Below, one piece after another: positions 36,988 through 45,413 of a stretch of DNA of 64,000 bases; positions within the stretch are counted from its first letter, which is position 1, and every line of letters starts with the position of its first letter. Source of the DNA: Proteobacteria bacterium UBA981 (GTDB lineage Bacteria; Pseudomonadota; Gammaproteobacteria; Ga0077536); the NCBI GenBank assembly GCA_002292285.1, contig DBBP01000008.1:497089-561088 (forward strand), given 5' to 3'. Under the pieces are notes generated by a model. It had not been told where the DNA came from and searched no databases. It saw nothing but the letters and a program-made list of their open reading frames with translations. A program made the position numbers and the translations under genes.

Positions 36988-37680
36988 TTAATAAAGGAGC
37001 CACTGCCGCAGTAGCGCAGTCACTGCGTGAGGCCGCTCCATGGTACTCATGTGTCCGCATTGCTCAATCACCGCAAGCTTCGCAGACGGTATATTCGCGG
37101 CGATTTCCTCATGCATTTGCAAGCTCGTTATGGCGTCCTCGCGCCCACATAGCACCAGCGTCGGGCAACGATAAGCGGACAATCCGGACAAGGCTTCCGG
37201 TCGGGAAATAATAGCGCGCACCTGCCGCACAAAAACCTCAGGTCCGAGTTCCGTTGCCATATCGGCGACAGCACCGGTGAGATCCACATCATCGAGACGA
37301 TCGGGGTGCAACAGCGCGGGCATCAGCGTCGCACTCACGGCGGCAAATTCACCGCTCTCAGCAAGTGCGATGAGCGCGTCGCGGCGCGCCGTTTGTTCGG
37401 CGGTTTCCTGTCTGGCGTTCGTATCCAGCAGGGCCAAGCGAGTGACCCGTTCAGGCGCCATACGCATGATCGCGTTTGCGACAATACCGCCCATCGACAG
37501 TCCACATAAAGCGAACGATGGCGGCGCCTGCTCAAGCACCGACGTGGCCATGGCTTCAATGCTCGGCGCACGACTCACATCAGCGACCTGACATTCAGCC
37601 ACATCGGCCAGATAGGCCACTTGGTGCGCCCACAGGGTTTGCGTGCACAGCAAGCCCGGAACGAAAACAAGCGCAGTCAT
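36988..37680 (-). CDS. Alpha/beta hydrolase
   Basis: Start at ATG 37680 (MTALVFVPGLLC). It has the nucleophile elbow GLSMGG and a C-terminal His block (CGHMSTMERP). Confidence 0.75.
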   Translation of the reverse strand: MTALVFVPGLLCTQTLWAHQVAYLADVAECQVADVSRAPSIEAMATSVLEQAPPSFALCGLSMGGIVANAIMRMAPERVTRLALLDTNARQETAEQTARRDALIALAESGEFAAVSATLMPALLHPDRLDDVDLTGAVADMATELGPEVFVRQVRAIISRPEALSGLSAYRCPTLVLCGREDAITSLQMHEEIAANIPSAKLAVIEQCGHMSTMERPHAVTALLRQWLLY

Positions 37681-37834
37681 AATCGATTCATAGACATGTT
37701 TGACCCTGAACGAGCAGTCGCTCGCGAGCACACAATGATATCGCGTTCAGTTCGGCGAAATGGTGGGTGGCGTCGATTGGATAGCACCGCTCCGGGTACG
37801 AGACGGCGTGTGCGCCTCGTACCCGGCATCGCTA

Positions 37835-38704
37835 TCAGGGTGCGAGCGCTTCCAGCGCGTCGTAACACGGCCCCGGCTCGCCATCCGCACGGATCGGTTG
37901 CAGGACGACCTGATCAGCACCAGCGTCGAAATACTTCTGTAGTTCGGCCTTAATGGTTGCGGCGTCGCCCCATAGGACCATCGCATCCATCAGCCGATCA
38001 CTGCCACCGTCCTTCAAATCGCCTTCGTCAAAACCAAGGCGGAACCAATTTTTGAAGTAATTGGGCAAACCCATGTAGGGGGTTAACGCCGCCCGAGCCG
38101 CCGCTCGCGCGGTAACCGGATCGCTATTCAGGCACACTTTCTGTTCGCAGATGATGGCACCCTTGTCACCCATTGCAGTCCGCGACAGGGCGACTTGCGC
38201 TGGAGTGATGTTGTAGGGGAACGATCCCAGCGTCCGATCAGCAGACAATTTAGACATGTTCGGTCCGAGTGCCGCCAGCGCTACTTGCTTCTCGCCCTTC
38301 GCACCACCAAGCGCTTCCCATGCGCTGTCCATGTCGTCGAGATACTTCCGCATGGTTGCGACTGGGCGTTTGTACTCGTGGCCCCGCATATCGGACACGA
38401 TAGGTGCATGAGAAACGCCAAGTCCGAGCACAAAACGGCCGCCGTAAAGCGAGTTCAGCGTGTTGTGGCCCATCACCGAAGCGGACGGATCGCGCGCATA
38501 GATATTGGCGATACCGCTGGCTACTACTAATTTGTCACTGTGGCTTAACAAATAGCCGCCAACGCCGAAAGTTTCGTAATTCACTGCCTCAGGGTACCAA
38601 AGCGTTGAATAGCCCAAACCTTCGACACGTTTGGCCAGGTCGGCCAATTGCGCTGCATCGAGCACATCGGTGAATGTGAAAACTCCGTATTGTCCAAATT
38701 TCAT
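37835..38704 (-). CDS. Luciferase-like monooxygenase (LLM) family oxidoreductase, F420-dependent-like subclass
   Basis: Start at ATG 38704 (MKFGQYGVFTFTD...VEGLGYSTLWYPE). GGRFVLGLGVSH is an LLM block. Confidence 0.8.
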   Translation of the reverse strand: MKFGQYGVFTFTDVLDAAQLADLAKRVEGLGYSTLWYPEAVNYETFGVGGYLLSHSDKLVVASGIANIYARDPSASVMGHNTLNSLYGGRFVLGLGVSHAPIVSDMRGHEYKRPVATMRKYLDDMDSAWEALGGAKGEKQVALAALGPNMSKLSADRTLGSFPYNITPAQVALSRTAMGDKGAIICEQKVCLNSDPVTARAAARAALTPYMGLPNYFKNWFRLGFDEGDLKDGGSDRLMDAMVLWGDAATIKAELQKYFDAGADQVVLQPIRADGEPGPCYDALEALAP

Positions 38705-38956
38705 GATCAACCTCCATATGTTGAGGGCGGCAGCATAGCGTCTGGCGAGCGGCAACGACAGAGTCCCACGGCGCCCGCCCGAGCACCCAAACCCGGCAAC
38801 AGTTGGCGAAGGCCTGGGGCTGAACAGCACTCAGCCTCAACTACCCCATGTCCACGCCCGACAGCGCCCGCAACGGCGGACATTACGGCACAATAGGGCG
38901 CTCTAACGATTTGCGCGGGTGCAGTCCGCCCCCTTCCCTGAGCCTGGAGTACTGAC

Positions 38957-40093
38957 ATGATCCCGAGAACGATTTACACCGAAGAACATGACATTTTCCG
39001 GGACAGTGTCAGGCGCTTCGTAGAAAAGGAAATCGTGCCCCATCATGAACAATGGGAGCGTGACGGGATGGTCAGCCGTGAGTTGTGGCAGGCGGCTGGA
39101 GAAAACGGCTTGCTGTGCTGTTTCGTACCGCCAGAGTACGGCGGCCCAGGCGGAGACTTTCTGCACATGGCCGTCGTTACCGAAGAACTCGCGCGCGTGG
39201 AAGCCAGCGGACCGGCTTTCCATTTGCACTCGGCCATCGTTGCGCCGTACATCTTCCACTACGGTACCGAAGAACAAAAACAGGCCTTTTTGCCGGGCAT
39301 GTGTTCCGGCGACATTATTGGTGCCATTGCGATGTCCGAGCCCGGCGCGGGCAGTGATTTGGCCGGCATGCGCACCACTGCCAAGCGCGCTGGTGACGAA
39401 TACACCATCAATGGACAGAAAACCTTCATCTCAAATGGCCAGCTCGCCGACCTGGTTGTCACGGCGTGCAAAACCGATCCGGAAGCTGGTGCCAAGGGAA
39501 TCAGCTTGATGCTGGTGCAACGCGGCGACGAAGGCTTTACGCGCGGACGCAATCTCGAGAAAGTCGGCTGGAAAGCACAGGACACCTCGGAGTTGTTTTA
39601 CAGCGACGTGCGTGTGCCCGGCGAGCGCCTGCTCGGCGAGGAGAATCAGGGATTCAGCTATCTCATCGAACAATTGGCGCAGGAACGGTTAATCGTTGCT
39701 GTGCGCGCTGCGGCGACAATTGATGCAGCCTTGAATGCGACTGTCACCTACACCAAAGAACGTGAAGCCTTCGGCAAGCCGATTTTTGCCTTTCAGAACA
39801 CACGTTTCAAACTCGCAGAGGTGAAAACCCGCGCTACAGTGGTGCGCAATTTCATCGATCGTTGTATGGCCCTGCATCTCGACGGCGAACTCGATGCCGA
39901 TGACGCCGCAATGGCCAAGCTCTACAGCACCGAGACCATGTGCGAGATCCTCGACGAATGCCTGCAACTGTTTGGCGGCTACGGTTACATGTGGGAGTTC
40001 CCAATCGCACGTGCCTGGGCCGGCCAGCGGGTCTCGCGAATTGCCGGTGGCTCGAGCGAGATCATGAAGGAGATCATTTCGCGAACCTTGTGA
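38957..40093 (+). CDS. Acyl-CoA dehydrogenase
   Basis: 378 aa with GAIAMSEPGAGSDLAGMRT, FISNG, and the C-terminal RIAGGSSEIMKEIISR. Confidence 0.9.
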   Translation: MIPRTIYTEEHDIFRDSVRRFVEKEIVPHHEQWERDGMVSRELWQAAGENGLLCCFVPPEYGGPGGDFLHMAVVTEELARVEASGPAFHLHSAIVAPYIFHYGTEEQKQAFLPGMCSGDIIGAIAMSEPGAGSDLAGMRTTAKRAGDEYTINGQKTFISNGQLADLVVTACKTDPEAGAKGISLMLVQRGDEGFTRGRNLEKVGWKAQDTSELFYSDVRVPGERLLGEENQGFSYLIEQLAQERLIVAVRAAATIDAALNATVTYTKEREAFGKPIFAFQNTRFKLAEVKTRATVVRNFIDRCMALHLDGELDADDAAMAKLYSTETMCEILDECLQLFGGYGYMWEFPIARAWAGQRVSRIAGGSSEIMKEIISRTL

Positions 40094-40195
40094 TGCTGAC
40101 CGCAATAAACACCCCAAAAGTATCACCACATTGTTACGCGATCGCGCGCGACCAGTTTGCGCGCGTCAATACACTGTGGTGCGCCGGTAACCGTT

Positions 40196-41386
40196 ATGAC
40201 ACCTGAGCAGAAACCGCTAACTGGTGTGCGCGTTCTCGATGTCGCTACTTTCGTCGCAGCGCCGTTCTGCGCAACCATCCTGGCTGAATTTGGCGCTGAG
40301 GTAATCAAAGTCGAACACCCACAGGGTGGCGACCCGATGCGTCGTTTCGGCACGGCAACCGAAGAACCAGACCAGACCCTCGCCTGGCTTAGCGAAGCAC
40401 GTAATAAGCGATCGGTAACACTGGACCTGAAAGCACCTGCCGATGCAGCTACGTTTCGGGAGTTAGTCCGTCGCGCGGATGTCGTGTGCGAAAACTTTCG
40501 CCCCGGCACGCTCGAGAAATGGGGCCTTGGCTGGGACACCCTGCAAGCCCTCAATCCGGCCCTGGTGCTGCTGCGGGTGAGTGGCTACGGGCAAACCGGC
40601 CCCTATCGTGACCGTCCAGGGTTTGCGCGCATCGCGCACGCAGTGGGTGGGCTGACCCACCTTGCCGGCATGCCTGACGGTCCGCCAGTGACGCCGGGTT
40701 CCACCTCGCTCGCTGATTACATATCCGGACTCTACGGCGCGGTCGGCGTGTTGTTGGCGCTGCGGGTTGCTGAGGCGACCGGGGTCGGGCAAGTCGTTGA
40801 CGTCGCCTTGTTCGAGTCAATTTTCCGGGTCCTTGACGAGCTTGCTCCTGCTTATGCCTCAGCCGGCATCGTCCGCGCTCGCGAAGGTGTTGGGACGCGT
40901 AACGCGTGTCCGCACGGACATTTCCAGTGTGCGGACGGGAAGTGGGTTGCGATAGCGTGTACCAGCGATCGAATCTGGGCGCGCATGGCGGAGAATGTGC
41001 TCATGCGCCCAGAATTCTCTGCCTCGCATCCAACCACAGCGGCCCGTCTTGCCGACCGGCCCCGCATCGATGCACTGGTAGAGAAATTCACGGCCTCAAT
41101 GACCGCAACAGAAGTCGTTGCGCGCTGCGTAGAAGGCGATGTGCCCTGCGGTCCGGTGAACACAATTGCCGATATCTTTGCCGACGAGCATTTCGCTGCC
41201 CGCGAAGTCCTCACAAAAGTCATGCACGACACCTTGGGCACCATCGAGATCCCGAACGTCTTGCCGCGCCTTTCCCGGACCCCGGGCGAGATCACACAAC
41301 TTGGACCACGGCTCGGCGAAGCCAACGATACCTTTCTGCAGCAGTTGCTGGCCAATGATGCTGAGATTCGAAAAGTGCCACGCTAA
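40196..41386 (+). CDS. Family III CoA-transferase (CaiB/BaiF type)
   Basis: Start at ATG 40196 (MTPEQKPLTGVRVLDVATFVAAPFCATILAEFGAEVIKVEHP). SGYGQTGPYRDRPGFARIAHAVGG follows. Confidence 0.85.
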   Translation: MTPEQKPLTGVRVLDVATFVAAPFCATILAEFGAEVIKVEHPQGGDPMRRFGTATEEPDQTLAWLSEARNKRSVTLDLKAPADAATFRELVRRADVVCENFRPGTLEKWGLGWDTLQALNPALVLLRVSGYGQTGPYRDRPGFARIAHAVGGLTHLAGMPDGPPVTPGSTSLADYISGLYGAVGVLLALRVAEATGVGQVVDVALFESIFRVLDELAPAYASAGIVRAREGVGTRNACPHGHFQCADGKWVAIACTSDRIWARMAENVLMRPEFSASHPTTAARLADRPRIDALVEKFTASMTATEVVARCVEGDVPCGPVNTIADIFADEHFAAREVLTKVMHDTLGTIEIPNVLPRLSRTPGEITQLGPRLGEANDTFLQQLLANDAEIRKVPR

Positions 41387-41500
41387 ACCGTCACCACTGT
41401 CCAGCGCGCCTGCAGCCACTGGCGCAACCTTACTACCATGGCTTGCGTCCGCTTATCCAGATGCCACAATGATTGCAGTGCTGGCAGCGGAGTGAAGACG

Positions 41501-42349
41501 GTGAGATTCAAAGTGCGCGAATTGGGCAACGGTTTCGCTGCCGAAATTCAGGACATCGATTTAAGCGCCAACCAAGATGCTGACGCGATCGAAGAACTCA
41601 AACAACTGTGGTGGCGCTACGGGGTTCTGGTCTTTCGTGATCAGCATCTCACCGAACGGCAAGAAGCAGATTTCAGTGCCAGATTCGGTCCGCTGGAAAT
41701 TCATCTTCGCCACGAGTATCTATCGCGCGATACGCCGGAGATTCTCTATATCTCAAACATTGTGGAAGATGGTCGCGAGATTGGTATTTTGTCCAATAAC
41801 GATGTCGGCTGGCACTATGACCAGATCTATTTACCGCAACCTGCAGTGGGTTCTTTGTTGTATGCGGTTGAACTACCGCAGGCCGGCGGCGCGACGTATT
41901 TCGCAGACACGGTGAGCGCCTACGAGCAGCTACCCCAGGACGTTAAACAGACTCTGGCAGGCAAACGTGCCGTGCAGTCCTATGCGAAATTCAATCGCGC
42001 TTATAGTGTGCCGACAAATGAAGCGCAGACACGCAAGACTCAGGACATCGATCATCCGGTGGTGCGGACTCACCCCTACTCCGGGCGTCAATCCTTATAC
42101 GTCTGCGCTGGCATGACAACCGAAATTCTCGGCTTGCCGAGCGACGAAAGCGCAGAATTAATCACCTGGTTATGCGAATGGAGCGTGCGCCCTGAATTCG
42201 TCTATCGCCACGACTGGCGACTTGGTGATGCAGTGTTGTGGGATAACGCCGCAAGCATCCATCGCCGCGAACCGTTTGATTTGAGCGAGCGCCGACTCAT
42301 GAAGCGCACCACGATTCAGCCATTGCCGGAAGTGGCCGTCCCCTTTTAG
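41501..42349 (+). CDS. TauD/TfdA-family Fe(II)/2-oxoglutarate dioxygenase
   Basis: FAAEIQDIDL...FRDQHL is a TauD-like N-terminus, with the WHYDQIY HxD motif and C-terminal WDNAASIHRR. The start is uncertain: in-frame candidates are 41438, 41492 and 41501. Confidence 0.8.
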   Translation: MRFKVRELGNGFAAEIQDIDLSANQDADAIEELKQLWWRYGVLVFRDQHLTERQEADFSARFGPLEIHLRHEYLSRDTPEILYISNIVEDGREIGILSNNDVGWHYDQIYLPQPAVGSLLYAVELPQAGGATYFADTVSAYEQLPQDVKQTLAGKRAVQSYAKFNRAYSVPTNEAQTRKTQDIDHPVVRTHPYSGRQSLYVCAGMTTEILGLPSDESAELITWLCEWSVRPEFVYRHDWRLGDAVLWDNAASIHRREPFDLSERRLMKRTTIQPLPEVAVPF

Positions 42350-42697
42350 CAGGCTATCGAAAAACTACTGCGGCCCCCGTCTGCCGCGTCGCGTGCTCGC
42401 TCACTCCTCGCCTATCTTGATGATTTGTCTCGTCGTTCGCTGCGCGGCTCCTTGCAGCCGGGCATCCTCGCTACGTTTTTCAACAGCCTGCTACGCATTC
42501 GCAGGATAAAACGACTACGACGCCCGTCTGCCGCGTCGCGTGCTCACTCACTCTTCGCCTATCTTGATGATATGTCTCGTCGTTCGCTGCGCGGCGCCTT
42601 GCAGCCGGGCATCCTCGCTACGTTTTTCAACAGCCTGCTACGCATTCGCAGGAAAAAACGACTACGGCGCCCGTCTACCGCGTCGCGTGTTCACTCA
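42350..42697. repeat. 147-bp tandem repeat, about 2.4 copies, in a convergent intergenic region
   Basis: The anchor string CGTCTGCCGCGTCGCG recurs at 42378 and 42525, and as CGTCTACCGCGTCGCG at 42672, giving a period of exactly 147. Copies 1 and 2 differ at only a few positions. The array starts right after the TauD stop and ends about 45 nt before the stop of the CitE-like gene. Confidence 0.9.
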
Positions 42698-42740
42698 TCA
42701 GCTTTACCAGGTTCAGTAGCGGCTCTCTGCCCAGAGTGGT

Positions 42741-43619
42741 TCAAACGTTTTGAGCACGGACCGCCTGTGCGGTGTCGATAAGGCGTTGCGCTTTTTCGAC
42801 GATCGGATAATCAACGAAGTAACCATCCACCTGTATCGATGCCAGGCCATCGGCTTCGGCTTGTGCAAAGCTTGCGACAATTTTCTCTGCCCACGCAACT
42901 TCCGCATCGTCCGGGGTATAGATGCGATTCGCGAGCGCAACCTGGTCGGGGTGAATGCATAGCTTGCCCTGAAAACCGAACTCACGGCCGAGTCGGGTCG
43001 ACGCTTCCAGCGCGTCGTGCTCGCGGATATGGATGAAGACCGTATCGACCGGCGCTTCGAGTTCCGCCATTCGTGAGGCTAGCACCAGCTCGGCACGTGC
43101 CGCAGCCAGTTCGCCTTCTGTCAGAGTCCAGGTCAGGCCCAAATCACGGGTGTAGTCACCTGCGCCAAACGAAAAACGTTTGACCCGCGTACCACTTGCG
43201 GCGATGTCTCGAATAGCGCCCATGCCGCGAGCGGTTTCAATAATCGGCAACAGGTCGATGCGACCAACTTCAAGTCCGAGGCGGCGCTCAAGATTAGCCA
43301 TCGCCCAATCAACGCTATGCAGATCACTCACGCGCTCAACTTTCGGCAACATCACGCCGTCCAGCCACGGGCCAACCACTGCCTCCAGATCGTCGAAGCA
43401 CCATTCGGTGTCGATGCTGTTTACGCGCACATAACCGCGGCACGGGCGGGGCTTTCGCAACGCAGCGACCACACTCGCGCGGGTCGTCTCCTTCTCGGCC
43501 ACTGCGACAGCATCCTCAAGATCAAGGATGGCAACGTCGCAGCCGGTGGTGAAAACTTTCTCGACGCGGCGCGCATGATTTCCCGGCGTAAACAAAAAGG
43601 TACGATTGAGTTGCGGCAT
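42741..43619 (-). CDS. HpcH/HpaI aldolase / citrate-lyase beta (CitE)-like acyl-CoA lyase
   Basis: FLFTPGNHARRVEKVFTTGCDVAILDLEDAV is a CitE-type N-terminus. 292 aa. Confidence 0.85.
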   Translation of the reverse strand: MPQLNRTFLFTPGNHARRVEKVFTTGCDVAILDLEDAVAVAEKETTRASVVAALRKPRPCRGYVRVNSIDTEWCFDDLEAVVGPWLDGVMLPKVERVSDLHSVDWAMANLERRLGLEVGRIDLLPIIETARGMGAIRDIAASGTRVKRFSFGAGDYTRDLGLTWTLTEGELAAARAELVLASRMAELEAPVDTVFIHIREHDALEASTRLGREFGFQGKLCIHPDQVALANRIYTPDDAEVAWAEKIVASFAQAEADGLASIQVDGYFVDYPIVEKAQRLIDTAQAVRAQNV

Positions 43620-43806
43620 GAGGTACGAATTCCCAGACTAGACAAGCACGCAAAGCGTAGCGCATTTTTCGGTCGTCAGTAGCGCAGCAATGGCCATCTT
43701 GACGAGCCCGCCCAGTCCACGCACGCTGTTGCCATTCACGCACTCGAGGCCGGGCCGTAGCGTGGCCCTCGAGCAACTGGTAATCAATCTGATCTGACAG
43801 GAACCT

Positions 43807-44553
43807 ATGATGAATCGAGGGCATGCACTAGTCACCGGCGCCTTGGGTGGTCTCGGCACCGCCATCACCGCTAATTTGTTATCCGCCGGGCACAGTGTTG
43901 TCGCCTGTGATCGACGTGGCGATGATGCCGATAGCTGGCTCGCGCAATTCCCCACCGAGCAGCGCGACCGACTCAGCTTCCATGCGTTGGATATTCGCAA
44001 TCTGGGTGCGTGCGAGAAGCTCCGCGACCAGTTAATTGCCGAGAGCATTCATATCGCCTATTTGATCAACAACGCTGGCATCGCCAATCTGGCGCCACCC
44101 TGGGAGATGGACCCCGCCGCGTTCGATCGGGTCATCCAGGTTAATGTCTACGGGACCTTCCACCTTACCCGAACATTTTGCGGCGCGATGCGCGAGCGGA
44201 ACTTTGGCCGCGTCGTCAATTTCGCATCCCTGGCAGCATTTGATCCCGATAGCGGCATGGCCGGTTATGCAGCCGCCAAGGCCGGCGTTATCGGCTATAC
44301 GCATTCCATTGCAGGTGACCTGGCCGCGCACAACATCACGGCCAACGCCATCGCTCCAGGTCTGATCTGGCATGAGCGATTGCGCCCAACCTACACTGAC
44401 GAAGAACGTGAAAAGTTCCGCCGCAACATTCCTATGGCACGCGAAGGTGAACCTGCCGAGATTGCCGAGACCGTAGCGTTCCTACTTTCAGACGGCGCTG
44501 CCTACATCACTGGCCAGACGATTCATGTGAACGGTGGCGCGTATATGACTTGA
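43807..44553 (+). CDS. Short-chain dehydrogenase/reductase (FabG-like)
   Basis: It has TGALGGLGTAI (TGxxxGxG), NNAG, YAAAKAG (YxxxK) and the C-terminal GQTIHVNGG. Confidence 0.9.
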   Translation: MMNRGHALVTGALGGLGTAITANLLSAGHSVVACDRRGDDADSWLAQFPTEQRDRLSFHALDIRNLGACEKLRDQLIAESIHIAYLINNAGIANLAPPWEMDPAAFDRVIQVNVYGTFHLTRTFCGAMRERNFGRVVNFASLAAFDPDSGMAGYAAAKAGVIGYTHSIAGDLAAHNITANAIAPGLIWHERLRPTYTDEEREKFRRNIPMAREGEPAEIAETVAFLLSDGAAYITGQTIHVNGGAYMT

Positions 44554-44914
44554 ATTGAAACGCGCGTGATACTCAGGCGTCCAGCTAGGCGACATCGCAG
44601 CGCTCTGCCTGTTCAGCCCGCCCTGATGCCGCGCTACGAGAGTCCAGCTGTCTCCTACGCTGAACCGCGTCTGAGTGATACAGCAGAAGCGCTGACGGAA
44701 CCGGGCATCCCTGGGTGTACCGCCAAACGTTGAATGCCCGGACACGATGTCGGCGGTATAGACGTCAGCGCCAAAGCGACCAACTTGCGGATGACCGTCT
44801 CCTGCTGAGCATAAGCTCACCTCTGGTCGCGATAGAAAATCATATTGCGGTGGTACAGCGCGTCTTCGAGTGCAACAATATGCAACGCGCAGCTGATTCC
44901 GCCATGCCGCGCGT

Positions 44915-45238
44915 TCAGCCATCGATATCAACACAGACGATGCCACGCTCGATCCACACCAGGTAAGTTTTCAGAGCAACTGCGCAGGGCGACATGCTGG
45001 CTTCGCCGCTGCGAATGTTGAATCGCCCAAGATGAAACGGGCACACGATCTCGTCGCCATCAACCTCGCCATCGGCGAGCGACGCCTCGCCATGTGTACA
45101 TAGGTCGTCAGTGGCAAACCATTCGCCATCGAGGTGATACACCGCGATATCCGTACGTCCCGCCAGCTCGACTCGTCGGATTTCGCCGACCTCGAGTTCA
45201 GCGGCAAGGAATAACTCAACAGCAGGCATGATTTTCAA
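44915..45238 (-). CDS. Rieske [2Fe-2S] ferredoxin
   Basis: 107 aa. CTHGEASLADG...IVCPFHLGRF carries CxH...CxxH. Confidence 0.85.
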   Translation of the reverse strand: MKIMPAVELFLAAELEVGEIRRVELAGRTDIAVYHLDGEWFATDDLCTHGEASLADGEVDGDEIVCPFHLGRFNIRSGEASMSPCAVALKTYLVWIERGIVCVDIDG

Positions 45239-45413
45239 TCGGTATTTAGAGGTGGAGCGAAATCATGCATCAACGCGTCATCGTCCGGCAAATCAGGTGT
45301 ACGCCAGCCTGCGGCTCATGGTTGGGCTGCCGGCGACCGCTATGAGTACTCGCAATCCGTTTCGCACTCGACTGAGTCAGATAGGTTTAGCTTTTCGCGC
45401 GGCTTGACCGCCC

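Noticed and set aside
42350-42697. Possible CRISPR array
   Set aside because: The units are contiguous 147-bp copies with no unique spacers, there are only about 2.4 copies, and no cas genes are in the window.
42425-42781. 118-aa plus-strand ORF (MSRRSLRGSLQPGILATFFNSLLRIRR…) reading through the tandem repeat
   Set aside because: It exists only because the 147-bp period is a multiple of three. The peptide is extremely Arg-rich and low-complexity, has no convincing RBS, and its 3' end overlaps the well-supported CitE-like gene on the other strand. I treat it as a repeat artefact, not a gene.
44488-44946. 152-aa minus-strand ORF between the SDR and Rieske genes
   Set aside because: It overlaps both neighbouring well-supported genes, has no motif, and its composition looks like out-of-frame GC-rich sequence.
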